A model generated the notes under the pieces. It was not told the DNA's origin. It did not search any database and saw only the letters and a program-made list of their open reading frames with translations. The translations under genes and the position numbers were made by a program. From an uncultured Candidatus Bathyarchaeia archaeon (GTDB lineage Archaea; Thermoproteota; Bathyarchaeia; TCS64), in the NCBI GenBank assembly GCA_964653295.1, contig CAZZFH010000001.1:1-37437 (forward strand): a stretch of 37,437 nt of DNA, in the 5' to 3' direction. Positions 15,759 to 24,497 of the stretch are shown here, one piece after another. Within the stretch, counting starts at the first letter, position 1, and each line of letters starts with the position of its first letter.

Positions 15759-16610
15759 GTGAATATCATGTTTGACGAAGAAAAACCAGATGTCCTCGAT
15801 GAAAAAGAGGAAAAAGAAGAACCCGAGGAAGAAGTAGAGTCCGAAGAGGTTCAGGTTGAAGAGAAAGCTGCTCCAGAGGAGGAGCCAGAAGTAGAGGAAG
15901 AACCCGAAGAGGTTCACTACGAGAACGCTGTCAACAAGGGAGACTTCATCAAGGTCGAGATGACTGGGAGCTCTGTCGAGACCGGGGAAGTATTTGAGAC
16001 CACCAGCGAAGAGGTTGCTCAAGAGTCCGGTTTATGGGAAGAGAACAGGACATATGAGCCTAGGTTGGTCATCGTTGGAGACGGCTTTGTGCTACGGGGA
16101 CTTGACGAGCGCCTACCGGGTACACCATTCGATGAGGAAATTGAGATAGAGATCCCTCCAGAGGAGGCTTTTGGTGAGAGAAACCCAGCAGAGGTCCAGA
16201 TGGTGCCTTTCCGAGTTCTTAGGAGCAAAGGGATCAACCCATATGTTGGGGCTGAGCTGGAGATCGATGGAAGGCAAGCTATAGTTAGAAGCGTTGGAGC
16301 TGGAAGGGTTCAGTTAGATTATAATCATCCTTTGGCGGGAAGGCAGATCGTCTACAAGCTAAAAGTCATAGAGCATATGACCGACGAGAAGGACAAGATG
16401 AGAGCACTCATAGGTAGAAGATTCTTGGGAATCGATACAGCGGAGTTCGCCCTCAAGAAGACCAAGAAGAAGCTCAGGATCGGTATCCCTGACCAGATAT
16501 TCTTTGGTGAGAACATCCAGATAGCCAAACGTGGCGTAGCGCTCGACCTTCTCAGATACTTTGAGGACATCGATGAAGTCGAATACTACGAGTCCATCAA
16601 ACGATCCTAA
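15759..16610 (+). CDS. Long-type FKBP peptidyl-prolyl isomerase (SlyD/FKBP26-like) with a highly acidic N-terminal extension
   Basis: FKBP core blocks (GDFIKVEMTG...GEVFETT, LVIVGDGFVLRGLDERL, DYNHPLAGRQIVYKLKV) follow about 50 residues of E/P/K-rich sequence. The start is GTG 15759 or ATG 15768. Confidence 0.8.
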   Translation: MNIMFDEEKPDVLDEKEEKEEPEEEVESEEVQVEEKAAPEEEPEVEEEPEEVHYENAVNKGDFIKVEMTGSSVETGEVFETTSEEVAQESGLWEENRTYEPRLVIVGDGFVLRGLDERLPGTPFDEEIEIEIPPEEAFGERNPAEVQMVPFRVLRSKGINPYVGAELEIDGRQAIVRSVGAGRVQLDYNHPLAGRQIVYKLKVIEHMTDEKDKMRALIGRRFLGIDTAEFALKKTKKKLRIGIPDQIFFGENIQIAKRGVALDLLRYFEDIDEVEYYESIKRS

Positions 16611-16632
16611 TTTTTCATAGGGGGAATCCCCA

Positions 16633-17829
16633 GTAAAGACTGAGGCAGCGATAATCGGAGCCGGTCCGGCGGGATTACTGGCTGCTGATGTTATTTCTAA
16701 GCATGGTTTTAGTGTTGAGGTTTTTGAGGAGCATGGACAGGTAGGCTACCCTGTTCACTGCGCTGGTATGGTTAGTGTTGAGGGGTTCAGCAGGCTGGGC
16801 ATCGAGATAAAACCTGTTTTCCACCAGAACACGGTTTTCGGGGGAAGGATTTTCTCGAGTGATGGCAGCTGTATTACTATCAGGGACAGGAAACCTAGAG
16901 CCTATATCATTGATAGGGGGCGGTTTGATGCTTATCTCGCTGAGGTGGCTGAGGGTAATGGTGTAAACATCAATACAGCGAGACGGGTTGATCAAGTTAT
17001 CTTCAAGGATGGCGTTGCTACGGGATTGAGGGTCGGGGGCTCAGAGATTGCGTCAAAGATTACTGTTGACGCTGAGGGGGTTTTGGGCAGGGTTCTGTCT
17101 AGATCGGGTGTTTCTACTTGTCAAGTGGGGGTATTGAACGGGTTTAATGTGGAGTTTGATGTGGAAGATATTGAATCTGATATGGTTGAGGTGTGGTTCA
17201 ACCAAGAGACCTCCAAGGACTTTTTCACATGGGTGATCCCGATCAAAGAAAATCGGGTAAGATGTGGCTTAGCTACCTCAAGCAGTGATGGGGTAATGGC
17301 GCTCAAACACTTCATCGAGAAGCGCTTCAATAAAGAACCCTCATCAACAATCCACGGCGGACTCGTATACACAGGGGGACCAGTAAATAAAACCGCTTAT
17401 CCGGGTTTATTGTTGGCAGGGGATGTAGCAGGGCAGGTTAAACCCACCACTGGTGGTGGGGTGGTGATTGGGGGGCTTTGCGCCCACTTAGCGGGGGAGT
17501 TTGGTGCAAAGGCGTTAGGAGAAGATGTTGGTGTGCTTGGTGAGTATGAGAGAGAGTGGCGGAGAAGATATGGCTCTGAGCTTCAGACCATGCTCATCAT
17601 GCGAAGACTGGTTAATGGTTTAAGTGATGACCAGCTGAATAAAGCAGTACACGCCTTTATTGAGGAGGGATTGGACGAGAAATTCACCCACTTGGTTGAA
17701 GAAGGAGACATGGACATGCAGGCAGGTATAATCAAAAGAGCGTTAACTGACCCAGCGATACTAGCTTCTCTCGCACGCTCATTAGGGAGACTCGTGGTCT
17801 CAGAGTTCTTCTCGGCTTTTGGGCTCTAA
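16633..17829 (+). CDS. Geranylgeranyl reductase-family flavoprotein (archaeal lipid saturation); no canonical start codon
   Basis: The ORF track starts at ATG 16768. The same frame is open from 16621 and encodes ...PVKTEAAIIGAGPAGLLAADVISKHGFSVEVFEEHGQVGYPVHCAG, the FAD-binding GxGxxG beta-alpha-beta, upstream of that ATG. There is no ATG/GTG/TTG in frame between 16621 and 16767. Candidate starts are GTA 16633 (after AGGGGGA) and ATA 16651 (5 nt after GAGG). Confidence 0.75.
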   Translation, partial: VKTEAAIIGAGPAGLLAADVISKHGFSVEVFEEHGQVGYPVHCAGMVSVEGFSRLGIEIKPVFHQNTVFGGRIFSSDGSCITIRDRKPRAYIIDRGRFDAYLAEVAEGNGVNINTARRVDQVIFKDGVATGLRVGGSEIASKITVDAEGVLGRVLSRSGVSTCQVGVLNGFNVEFDVEDIESDMVEVWFNQETSKDFFTWVIPIKENRVRCGLATSSSDGVMALKHFIEKRFNKEPSSTIHGGLVYTGGPVNKTAYPGLLLAGDVAGQVKPTTGGGVVIGGLCAHLAGEFGAKALGEDVGVLGEYEREWRRRYGSELQTMLIMRRLVNGLSDDQLNKAVHAFIEEGLDEKFTHLVEEGDMDMQAGIIKRALTDPAILASLARSLGRLVVSEFFSAFGL

Positions 17830-17867
17830 CTGGGTTTTCGCGTTACTTATACAATGGTAATCGGTTT

Positions 17868-18041
17868 ATGGGAATAGTTGGAATGGATTCGAAGTTTCCT
17901 CGGGCAGTTGATAACTATAAGGGGATTGAAATCTGGTATGACCCAGTTAAGGGCAAATATTATGCATCCCACTGCGAGCATACCAAGAGAGATAAATCGA
18001 TTAAAGTCGTGAAGCAGTGGATAGATGAGTATAAGCGTTAG
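17868..18041 (+). CDS. Hypothetical small protein (57 aa)
   Basis: Hand-found ORF below the track cutoff: MGIVGMDSKFPRAVDNYKGIEIWYDPVKGKYYASHCEHTKRDKSIKVVKQWIDEYKR*. No family recognised. It overlaps the convergent flavoprotein gene by 4 nt. Confidence 0.3.
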   Translation: MGIVGMDSKFPRAVDNYKGIEIWYDPVKGKYYASHCEHTKRDKSIKVVKQWIDEYKR

Positions 18042-18583
18042 GCTTTTCCCAGTTTGACCCCGAGATTGTAAGCTTCCTCTAGTTTATCTGGTAACTCATC
18101 TATTGGTATATCTCTTCTCGTCTCCGGGTCGTAGGTACAACAGTCGAGTATGTGTAGATCGATCTTAAAATGGGGGGCTATTCGCTCAAACATTGATGCT
18201 GCTGATTGGTAGTGGTGGCGATAGGTCATTAGTACTGCGAAGGTCTTGTTTTCGAATCCGCTCCATGCGAGGGCTTCCATCCTGTCTTGGACTAGTTTCA
18301 GCTGGGCTGTGAGGTACCCCCAGTACATGGGGGATACCCAGAGGGTGAGGTCGGATTCCTTGTATGACCTGTAGATGGACTGCATGTCGTCTTCGATTCG
18401 GCAGTTATGGGGGGGTTTTGCGCAGCTCAGGCATCCCTGACAGGGGGCTATGGATAACTCGTTGATGTAAAAGTGCTCTATGCTGTGATCTGCTGATGAG
18501 TTTAATCCGTTTAGGAAGTGTTCTGCTAGGGTGTCACTGTTTTTTCCCTTTCGAGGGCTACCATGCAGTACTGTGACTTTCAT
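18038..18583 (-). CDS. Flavodoxin-fold NAD(P)H-dependent FMN reductase / iron-sulfur flavoprotein-like
   Basis: 181 aa. The N-terminal MKVTVLHGSPRKGKNSDTL is the FMN-phosphate loop of the NADPH-FMN reductase family. It also has a compact Cys cluster (CQGCLSC...C), as in Isf-type proteins. Confidence 0.7.
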   Translation of the reverse strand: MKVTVLHGSPRKGKNSDTLAEHFLNGLNSSADHSIEHFYINELSIAPCQGCLSCAKPPHNCRIEDDMQSIYRSYKESDLTLWVSPMYWGYLTAQLKLVQDRMEALAWSGFENKTFAVLMTYRHHYQSAASMFERIAPHFKIDLHILDCCTYDPETRRDIPIDELPDKLEEAYNLGVKLGKA

Positions 18584-18653
18584 AATGTATGAAGCGTTGC
18601 TTTGGGATTATATTTTCTCTGAATGCTGTTTGTTGTGGTTTAAGTATCCAGTA

Positions 18654-19460
18654 TTAGGAGAGGTCTAGGCTGGAGTCTATTCGGTTGATCACTGTCTGGT
18701 ATGCGGTGGGATCGATTTTGATGGTTATTGCTTTTTGTGGGCATATCTCGACGCATCTGCCACAGCCCCTGCATTCATCAGTGATGACTGCTTTTCCGTC
18801 CACCAACTCGATGGCGTGGATAAAGCAGGTATCAACGCATGATCCGCAGCCTATACAATCACCCGTTACAGATACCTCGACTCCCTCCATCCGGGTAATC
18901 TTATCACTGATATGGCTCCCAAGGTCTGGGATCATCTTCCACAAACAGCAACAGGGACAGCAATTACATACAGTCATCAATTTCTCATCTGGCCCAGTAT
19001 CCAGCCAGACAGCATCCAGCTTATTTCGACCAATAAGATGAACCAACCCCGCCTCTCTAGCCTTAACAACATGTTGATGGGCTTCCTCACGGGAAACGAG
19101 ACTGCCCAGCCGTGGATCGATCTTAGCTGCTGCCTCGCCCATGAAGAGGCATCCTATGTTGATTGGGTAGTCTTTGCACTGGGAGCTATCCCTGCAGATG
19201 CAGAAATCCATGATGAAGTGAATGTTTGCCTCATCTATGAAGCGGTGGACTATCTGGCTGGGGAGCACGGTGTTGGTGAAGGGGATTTCTTGATTGATCT
19301 CAACAACAACGCTGTCCTTGGGTAAGTAGACCATATCATCCTTGTCGAAGAACATCCAATCAATCAAGGAGCCAAGCAGGGGAAGCCGGGATAGTTTTGC
19401 GTAAAAGAACCTATACCGGAAGTTCTTCTTGATGAAGTCTATGACCCAGAGGGGAAGCAT
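18654..19460 (-). CDS. 4Fe-4S dicluster-domain protein with an additional Cys-rich N-terminal domain
   Basis: 268 aa. It has two ferredoxin motifs (CIGCGSCVDTC and CRGCGRCVEICP), plus upstream CICRDSSQC and CNCCPCCC clusters. Confidence 0.7.
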   Translation of the reverse strand: MLPLWVIDFIKKNFRYRFFYAKLSRLPLLGSLIDWMFFDKDDMVYLPKDSVVVEINQEIPFTNTVLPSQIVHRFIDEANIHFIMDFCICRDSSQCKDYPINIGCLFMGEAAAKIDPRLGSLVSREEAHQHVVKAREAGLVHLIGRNKLDAVWLDTGPDEKLMTVCNCCPCCCLWKMIPDLGSHISDKITRMEGVEVSVTGDCIGCGSCVDTCFIHAIELVDGKAVITDECRGCGRCVEICPQKAITIKIDPTAYQTVINRIDSSLDLS

Positions 19461-19498
19461 GAGGAATAGAAATAAGATGATCTGATAAAGATTGGGAG

Positions 19499-20350
19499 CT
19501 AGAGCTCAGGTTTGCGATAGGCGAGAGCAAGAGCCAGCAATGAGCCCATAATCAGGCTGGTGACTGGGAATCCGGGTATCCCACCTCCACTATTGCCACT
19601 ATTTGTGCTAACTGTAATGTCAAAGGTCTGGGTAGCACCCTCAGAGTATGTCCAGCCTTGAGGCGTCTCAAAAACTATGTCTGCCCCAAGAGTATAATCT
19701 CCCTCGGTCTCCGGTGCAGAAAGTTCAAACCAATAACTTCCGACCTGATCGCCAACTGTCTGATCCTCAACTTCGAGAATGGCTTCACCTGTCTCTGGAT
19801 CGGTTACGGCTACAGAGAAGGTGGTCATCTCTGGGAAACTCATCTGGACGTATACTGTGACATTGAATAATTCACTTGGTTCGAGATTGCTGGGTGCGTC
19901 CACGTCTGTAACCCAGGCAGCGTATTGACCGCTTCCCGTCTCGCCGACTTGTATGTAAATATAGTGCTCTTCGTATCCTGTGTCTGATTGTATCCAGCCC
20001 TCTTCATTATAAAATACATTTACGAGGTATTCGTAGACACCATTGGTCGATGGCGCTGTGAAAGAGAGCGTTATGTTTCCCATTCCAGTGTTTGCTACGG
20101 TGTAGATGTCTTCTGCAACATACTCCTCAGCCAATGTATCAAAGATACCGGGACCAATCTCTGTAGAAGCAGGAAAGTCCCACCCCAATTCCAAGGTAAT
20201 AGTTATTGTCTGACCGGGATCGTATTGGGTTTCGTCTGTCCATATGCCATATATGCCAACTTCTTTGGTTTGAGCGATGGCTGGAGCAATGAGGAATGAG
20301 GAAAATACTATTATCAAAAATATTGTTCTGATTTTTAAGTGCATAACCAA
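19499..20350 (-). CDS. Secreted surface protein with a PGF-CTERM-type archaeosortase sorting signal
   Basis: N-terminal signal peptide (LIIVFSSFLIAPAIAQT). The C-terminus is SGNSGGGIPGFPVTSLIMGSLLALALAYRKPEL, meaning a Gly/Ser linker, a PGF motif, a TM helix and a basic tail. The likely start is ATG 20344. Confidence 0.75.
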   Translation of the reverse strand: MVMHLKIRTIFLIIVFSSFLIAPAIAQTKEVGIYGIWTDETQYDPGQTITITLELGWDFPASTEIGPGIFDTLAEEYVAEDIYTVANTGMGNITLSFTAPSTNGVYEYLVNVFYNEEGWIQSDTGYEEHYIYIQVGETGSGQYAAWVTDVDAPSNLEPSELFNVTVYVQMSFPEMTTFSVAVTDPETGEAILEVEDQTVGDQVGSYWFELSAPETEGDYTLGADIVFETPQGWTYSEGATQTFDITVSTNSGNSGGGIPGFPVTSLIMGSLLALALAYRKPEL

Positions 20351-20524
20351 TGAGTGGTGATATAGTATTCAAAGTTTCTTGGTTTAATTAATTATTTACC
20401 TGAAAAATCAGCGATTAACTTCAGATTTATCTATTTTTAAAACCTTTTTTCTTATATTTTAAGGTAATCAGCTTTTATAGCGTTCTCTAATAAGGTATAT
20501 CGTAGTCTTTGGGGTGGTGTTTAG

Positions 20525-20677
20525 ATGAGACCTTTCGATTTTGAGTATTGGGATAGCCTTGACTCACGGTACGTAATACTATCTATTGAGGCTGAGACAA
20601 GGAGTGACGCTATTAAAGAGTTCAATGCCCAGCATCCTCATAAAAAATATCGTTTACTAGACTCCTTGGATGATTAG
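20525..20677 (+). CDS. Hypothetical small protein (50 aa)
   Basis: Hand-found ORF: MRPFDFEYWDSLDSRYVILSIEAETRSDAIKEFNAQHPHKKYRLLDSLDD*, preceded by GGGGTGGTG (SD-like) 6 nt upstream. No family recognised. Confidence 0.35.
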   Translation: MRPFDFEYWDSLDSRYVILSIEAETRSDAIKEFNAQHPHKKYRLLDSLDD

Positions 20678-20717
20678 AGCCTTTTTTATCGAATGTTTTA
20701 TTCTTCTTTTCGCGTGA

Positions 20718-21245
20718 TTGTATATGGTTTCTATGAGGGGTCCAAGAGATACGTATAAAATCGAGGTTATTCCTATCGGGGAAGAGCATATTCCAAGTTT
20801 TCGTAGCTGTCTTGACTCTGTGGCTCGTGAGAGAGTTTATCTTGGGATGACAAAGGCTCCTCCAATCGATTCCACATTTGAATTTGTGAGGTCAAATATC
20901 AAGAACAATTATCCTCAATTTGTGGCTGTCGAGGAAAATAGGGTTGTTGGCTGGTGTGATATTATTCCAAGGAAGGGAGAGGGATTTACTCATAGCGGTA
21001 CACTGGGGACAGGGGTTCTTGAGGGATATCGTGGGCAGGGGCTAGGGAATAGGTTGATGGATGCTACGATTGAGGCTGCTAGGAACTTTGGGGTTGAACG
21101 CGTAGAGTTGGAGGTTTATGCATCCAATACCCGGGCAATTAGAATGTATGAGAAATGGGGTTTTGTCCGAGAGGGCGTCAAGAAACGTGCTCGTAAGCTT
21201 GATGGGGTATATGATGATATCATCGTGATGGCGTTGTTCCTTTAA
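20718..21245 (+). CDS. GNAT-family N-acetyltransferase
   Basis: 175 aa. It has the acetyl-CoA-binding motif A (GYRGQGLGNRLMDATIEAA) and a downstream NTRAIRMYEKWGF motif. Confidence 0.85.
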   Translation: MYMVSMRGPRDTYKIEVIPIGEEHIPSFRSCLDSVARERVYLGMTKAPPIDSTFEFVRSNIKNNYPQFVAVEENRVVGWCDIIPRKGEGFTHSGTLGTGVLEGYRGQGLGNRLMDATIEAARNFGVERVELEVYASNTRAIRMYEKWGFVREGVKKRARKLDGVYDDIIVMALFL

Positions 21246-21642
21246 TCAATAATTTTATCATCACATCAATGACCAAATCATTTAGTAGAATAGCCGCTAA
21301 CAGGGGAGAGGGGGGGTACACAAAGATAAGAGGTAAAATAAGCCCCAACCATAAAAGAGCCCCTAAAAACGCTTCTTCCTGATCCAAATCTATACCAAAA
21401 TGCACATTTTAACCGGGTAATCAAACCAAAAAATGCACCGAACCACCACCAGTTGACCCCAGAACACATGGTGCAGGGGAATGAGGTTCAAACACCAGTA
21501 GTGATATCACCATCTCTTTCTCGAATATTCTATCCTCACCTCACCCACTCTACAAGGCTCATATACAATATCGCATTACGACAGCTTTCTTTGCAGTCAA
21601 TGTTTAAATAATACTGCAGAGGGATAGTTGGTGATTCACAAA

Positions 21643-21804
21643 ATGGCAATATGTATCTCATGTGGAAGAAAAATCACCCCAGAGGAAAAAACAGTAAAAT
21701 TCCTTTGCCCAAGCTGCGGCGCAGTAACCCTCTGGAGATGCGAGAAATGCAGGCTATTCGGAAGACACTATAAGTGCCCAGCCTGCGGACACACAGGACC
21801 CTAA
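21643..21804 (+). CDS. Small double Zn-ribbon protein (COG2888-like, translation-associated Zn-ribbon RNA-binding family)
   Basis: Hand-found 53-aa ORF: MAICISCGRKITPEEKTVKFLCPSCGAVTLWRCEKCRLFGRHYKCPACGHTGP*. It carries four CxxC pairs. Confidence 0.6.
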   Translation: MAICISCGRKITPEEKTVKFLCPSCGAVTLWRCEKCRLFGRHYKCPACGHTGP

Positions 21805-21826
21805 TTCTACCCAAAAATTACCAGCG

Positions 21827-21847
21827 AATCACAGCTATGTGATTTTT
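21827..21847 (+). terminator. Hairpin plus T-run downstream of the Zn-ribbon gene
   Basis: AATCACA-GCTA-TGTGATT (7-bp stem) runs into TTTTT, 23 nt after the stop codon. Confidence 0.45.
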
Positions 21848-22046
21848 ACAAAAACAGCATAAAAAAATGCCAAATTCTAAACGTCATTTATTCTCCAAAA
21901 CCAGAACTCAGCTATGAACAAGAATTATTATCCTTTCTTGTAGGTCCATCCTGTGGTTTCCCTCTCCTCATGTATCTTCGGGATTAGTTGCGAGATTTTT
22001 TATCCACCCAATGCCTCGTATAATCAAATTCTAGGAGAAATACGCG

Positions 22047-23777
22047 TTGATTGAGCTGAATTTCGGTAAATATCCACTTTATGATGAGCTTGTGGAGATA
22101 CTCCAGAGTCTTCACAAGGAGTACCCCAAGCTAACCAAACTATACAGCATAGGAAAAACACTCCAAGGCAGGGACCTCTGGACCATGGAGGTTACCAACC
22201 AAGAGACAGGACCAGGGAAGGAGAAACCCGGCATATGGGTTGATGGAAATACCCACAGCAGCGAGCCTACGGGCACCAATGTTTGTTTGAAGACCATCTG
22301 GTATCTTGTTACCAAGTATGGTGTGGATGAGACGGTCACAGAGATCATGGATAACAGGGTGGTCTATGTGCTCCCAAGGGTAAACCCAGATGGGGCTGAG
22401 ATATTCCTCACCAAACCATACCACTATACCAGTGGAGGTGTGCCCAACCCAGACTTCAAGGATGGGGAAGGACACTATGAGGAAGACGTGAATGGCAATG
22501 GAAAATCAGCCTTCATGCGCTGGATAGACTCCAATGGAGACTACAAGAAATCCAAGAAAGACCCACGCCTCATGATCAAGAGAGAACCAGAGGACACCCA
22601 TGAGGAAGATGGTCCCTTCTACAAGGTACTCCGCGAGGGTTTATTCATGAAGTGGAAACCCGGCAAAGAGATCACAATGGCTCCCAGAAGATATTTTGGA
22701 GGTAGCAATAGGAACTTCCCTGCCTACTGGGCGCCGGGAGGGCTACCCCTTGGGGGCTCAGGTCCTTTCCCGCTCTGGGAACGAGAGCCAAGAGCTATCA
22801 GCGACTTCTGGGCTAGCCACCCTAACCTTAGCGGCATGCACACATACCACACCAGCGGCGGATTAATCCTCAGAGAAGCAAACGCCCACCCAGACAGCTG
22901 GTTCCAAGAATCCGGCTGCGAGGAAGACCTAGAAGTATACAAGGTACTTGGAGGCATCGGTAAAGAGCTAACCGAGTACCCCTGCATCAGCATCTATGAT
23001 GAGTTCACATTCGAGGACGACCGCCCCTTCAGGCGTGGATGCGCCACCAGCTTCTTCTATGAGCACCTAGGAGCCTTTGTGTTCAGCACCGAGCTCTGGG
23101 ATTGGCCTTGGATGATAGGTTTGGATCACTTCAGGGAGCGTGGAGGCGTTGACTTCGACTGGGCTAAACTCTCAGAAGAGGAACAGCTTAATGAACTCAA
23201 ATGGATCGATGAAAACTATTCTGACGGCTTCCTTGACTGGACACCCCATGAGCACCCCCAGCTAGGACCAGTGGAGATCGGGGGAGTAGAGCGAAAATAT
23301 ACACGCAGGAATCCTCCGCCGGGAAAATGGCTTGAATACGAGGTAGATAAGTGCCTCATGTTCGCCATTCGACACGCAACCCTACTTCCCTTGTTGAGGA
23401 TCACCGAGCACAGGGTGGAGAAGGTAGCTGAAAAGATCTACAAGGTCTCGGCACAGGTAGCTAACACCGGGTTCATGTCTACCAATGTTACCAAGATGGC
23501 GGTTAAGATCAAGGTAGCCAAACCGGTGCTAGCTGAGATCAAGTTACCGGAGGGCGCCGAACTGGTCACTGGGCATGAGAAGGTTGATCTAGGTCACCTT
23601 GAGGGTCGTAGCGCTAAGTTATTGCTTCCAAGGGTTATCGGGGCTGATGTGGTGGACAAGACACGGAGCAGCGTGGAGTGGGTAATCAAAACCGAGTCCA
23701 ATAAGCCGCTTGAGGTAACCATCGAGACAAGGTGCCCCAGAGCCGGTACAGACAGGAAGAAGGTAATACTTCAATAA
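22047..23777 (+). CDS. M14-family zinc carboxypeptidase (no obvious signal peptide)
   Basis: 576 aa. The N-terminal YSIGKTLQGRDLWTMEVTN...GIWVDGNTHSSEPTG contains the M14 HxxE zinc motif, and PRVNPDG follows. TTG start. Confidence 0.8.
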   Translation: MIELNFGKYPLYDELVEILQSLHKEYPKLTKLYSIGKTLQGRDLWTMEVTNQETGPGKEKPGIWVDGNTHSSEPTGTNVCLKTIWYLVTKYGVDETVTEIMDNRVVYVLPRVNPDGAEIFLTKPYHYTSGGVPNPDFKDGEGHYEEDVNGNGKSAFMRWIDSNGDYKKSKKDPRLMIKREPEDTHEEDGPFYKVLREGLFMKWKPGKEITMAPRRYFGGSNRNFPAYWAPGGLPLGGSGPFPLWEREPRAISDFWASHPNLSGMHTYHTSGGLILREANAHPDSWFQESGCEEDLEVYKVLGGIGKELTEYPCISIYDEFTFEDDRPFRRGCATSFFYEHLGAFVFSTELWDWPWMIGLDHFRERGGVDFDWAKLSEEEQLNELKWIDENYSDGFLDWTPHEHPQLGPVEIGGVERKYTRRNPPPGKWLEYEVDKCLMFAIRHATLLPLLRITEHRVEKVAEKIYKVSAQVANTGFMSTNVTKMAVKIKVAKPVLAEIKLPEGAELVTGHEKVDLGHLEGRSAKLLLPRVIGADVVDKTRSSVEWVIKTESNKPLEVTIETRCPRAGTDRKKVILQ

Positions 23778-23799
23778 TAACAATACATTCTTTTCCCCC

Positions 23800-24399
23800 A
23801 TGAAGGCAGAGGAGATCACTGGACGATACATCGTCTACTACTTCGCTGCCTTACTTTTCTTTTACGAACTCTTCATGATCATACCCAGCACATGGATCGA
23901 GCTACTCACAGCCCGGCTAAGCTCAGGACTCCTCAACATGCTAGGACTAAACTCCGAGTATGGGTTGAATCATGTATGGGTCTGGATGACCCTCACAGGA
24001 GGCGCCCGAGATGTCAAGGTATACATAATCCGTGAATGCACAGCGTTTCATGTTTGGGGCATACTCTTGGGGCTTATAGTGCCGCTCCAAGGACCTGAGT
24101 GGGGTAGAAAACTCAAGGCAGTCGCCTTTGGAGGAGTCCTCGTCTTCTTGATGAACCTAACAAGAATCATGGTTACAGTATATCTCACCGGTTACGATGT
24201 GCTACCATTCAGCTGGTTCTTCACAAACCCAACAGTCGACACATATCACTACCCTGTGAGCTTTGCTTATGGTGTAATTGGGATAGCCATCGTTATCACG
24301 CTAATTAACGCACATATTTTGCCAGAGCTTGGTGATTTCCTCGTTGAGCTCCCAGACGCATTGATGAAAAACATCCGCAATCTACGTAAATCAGAGTAG
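23800..24399 (+). CDS. Archaeosortase/exosortase-family membrane protein (small variant, 199 aa)
   Basis: Polytopic membrane protein with a Cys-containing block, IIRECTAFHVWGILLG (equivalent to the xECSG active-site Cys), and an NLTRIMV Arg block, as in the exosortase/archaeosortase family. Confidence 0.6.
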   Translation: MKAEEITGRYIVYYFAALLFFYELFMIIPSTWIELLTARLSSGLLNMLGLNSEYGLNHVWVWMTLTGGARDVKVYIIRECTAFHVWGILLGLIVPLQGPEWGRKLKAVAFGGVLVFLMNLTRIMVTVYLTGYDVLPFSWFFTNPTVDTYHYPVSFAYGVIGIAIVITLINAHILPELGDFLVELPDALMKNIRNLRKSE

Positions 24400-24497
24400 A
24401 CGGATCGACCATCAGAATCTAAAACAAGGCTCCAACCCATTTACCAGCCCCAGAATAGAGTATCTTGGGGCTCAATTTGCTGAACGGGTAGCGTTAC

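Noticed and set aside
15775-15910. GAA/GAG-rich nucleotide periodicity that looks like a tandem repeat
   Set aside because: It is coding low-complexity sequence (the poly-Glu tail of the FKBP gene) with no exact repeat unit. It is not a microsatellite or a CRISPR-like array.
21220-21469. Two overlapping minus-strand ORFs (61 and 63 aa) with hydrophobic stretches, possibly a frameshifted small membrane protein
   Set aside because: There is no recognisable family. The two frames do not join into a convincing single protein, and one overlaps the GNAT 3' end. A decayed gene cannot be excluded, but the evidence is insufficient.
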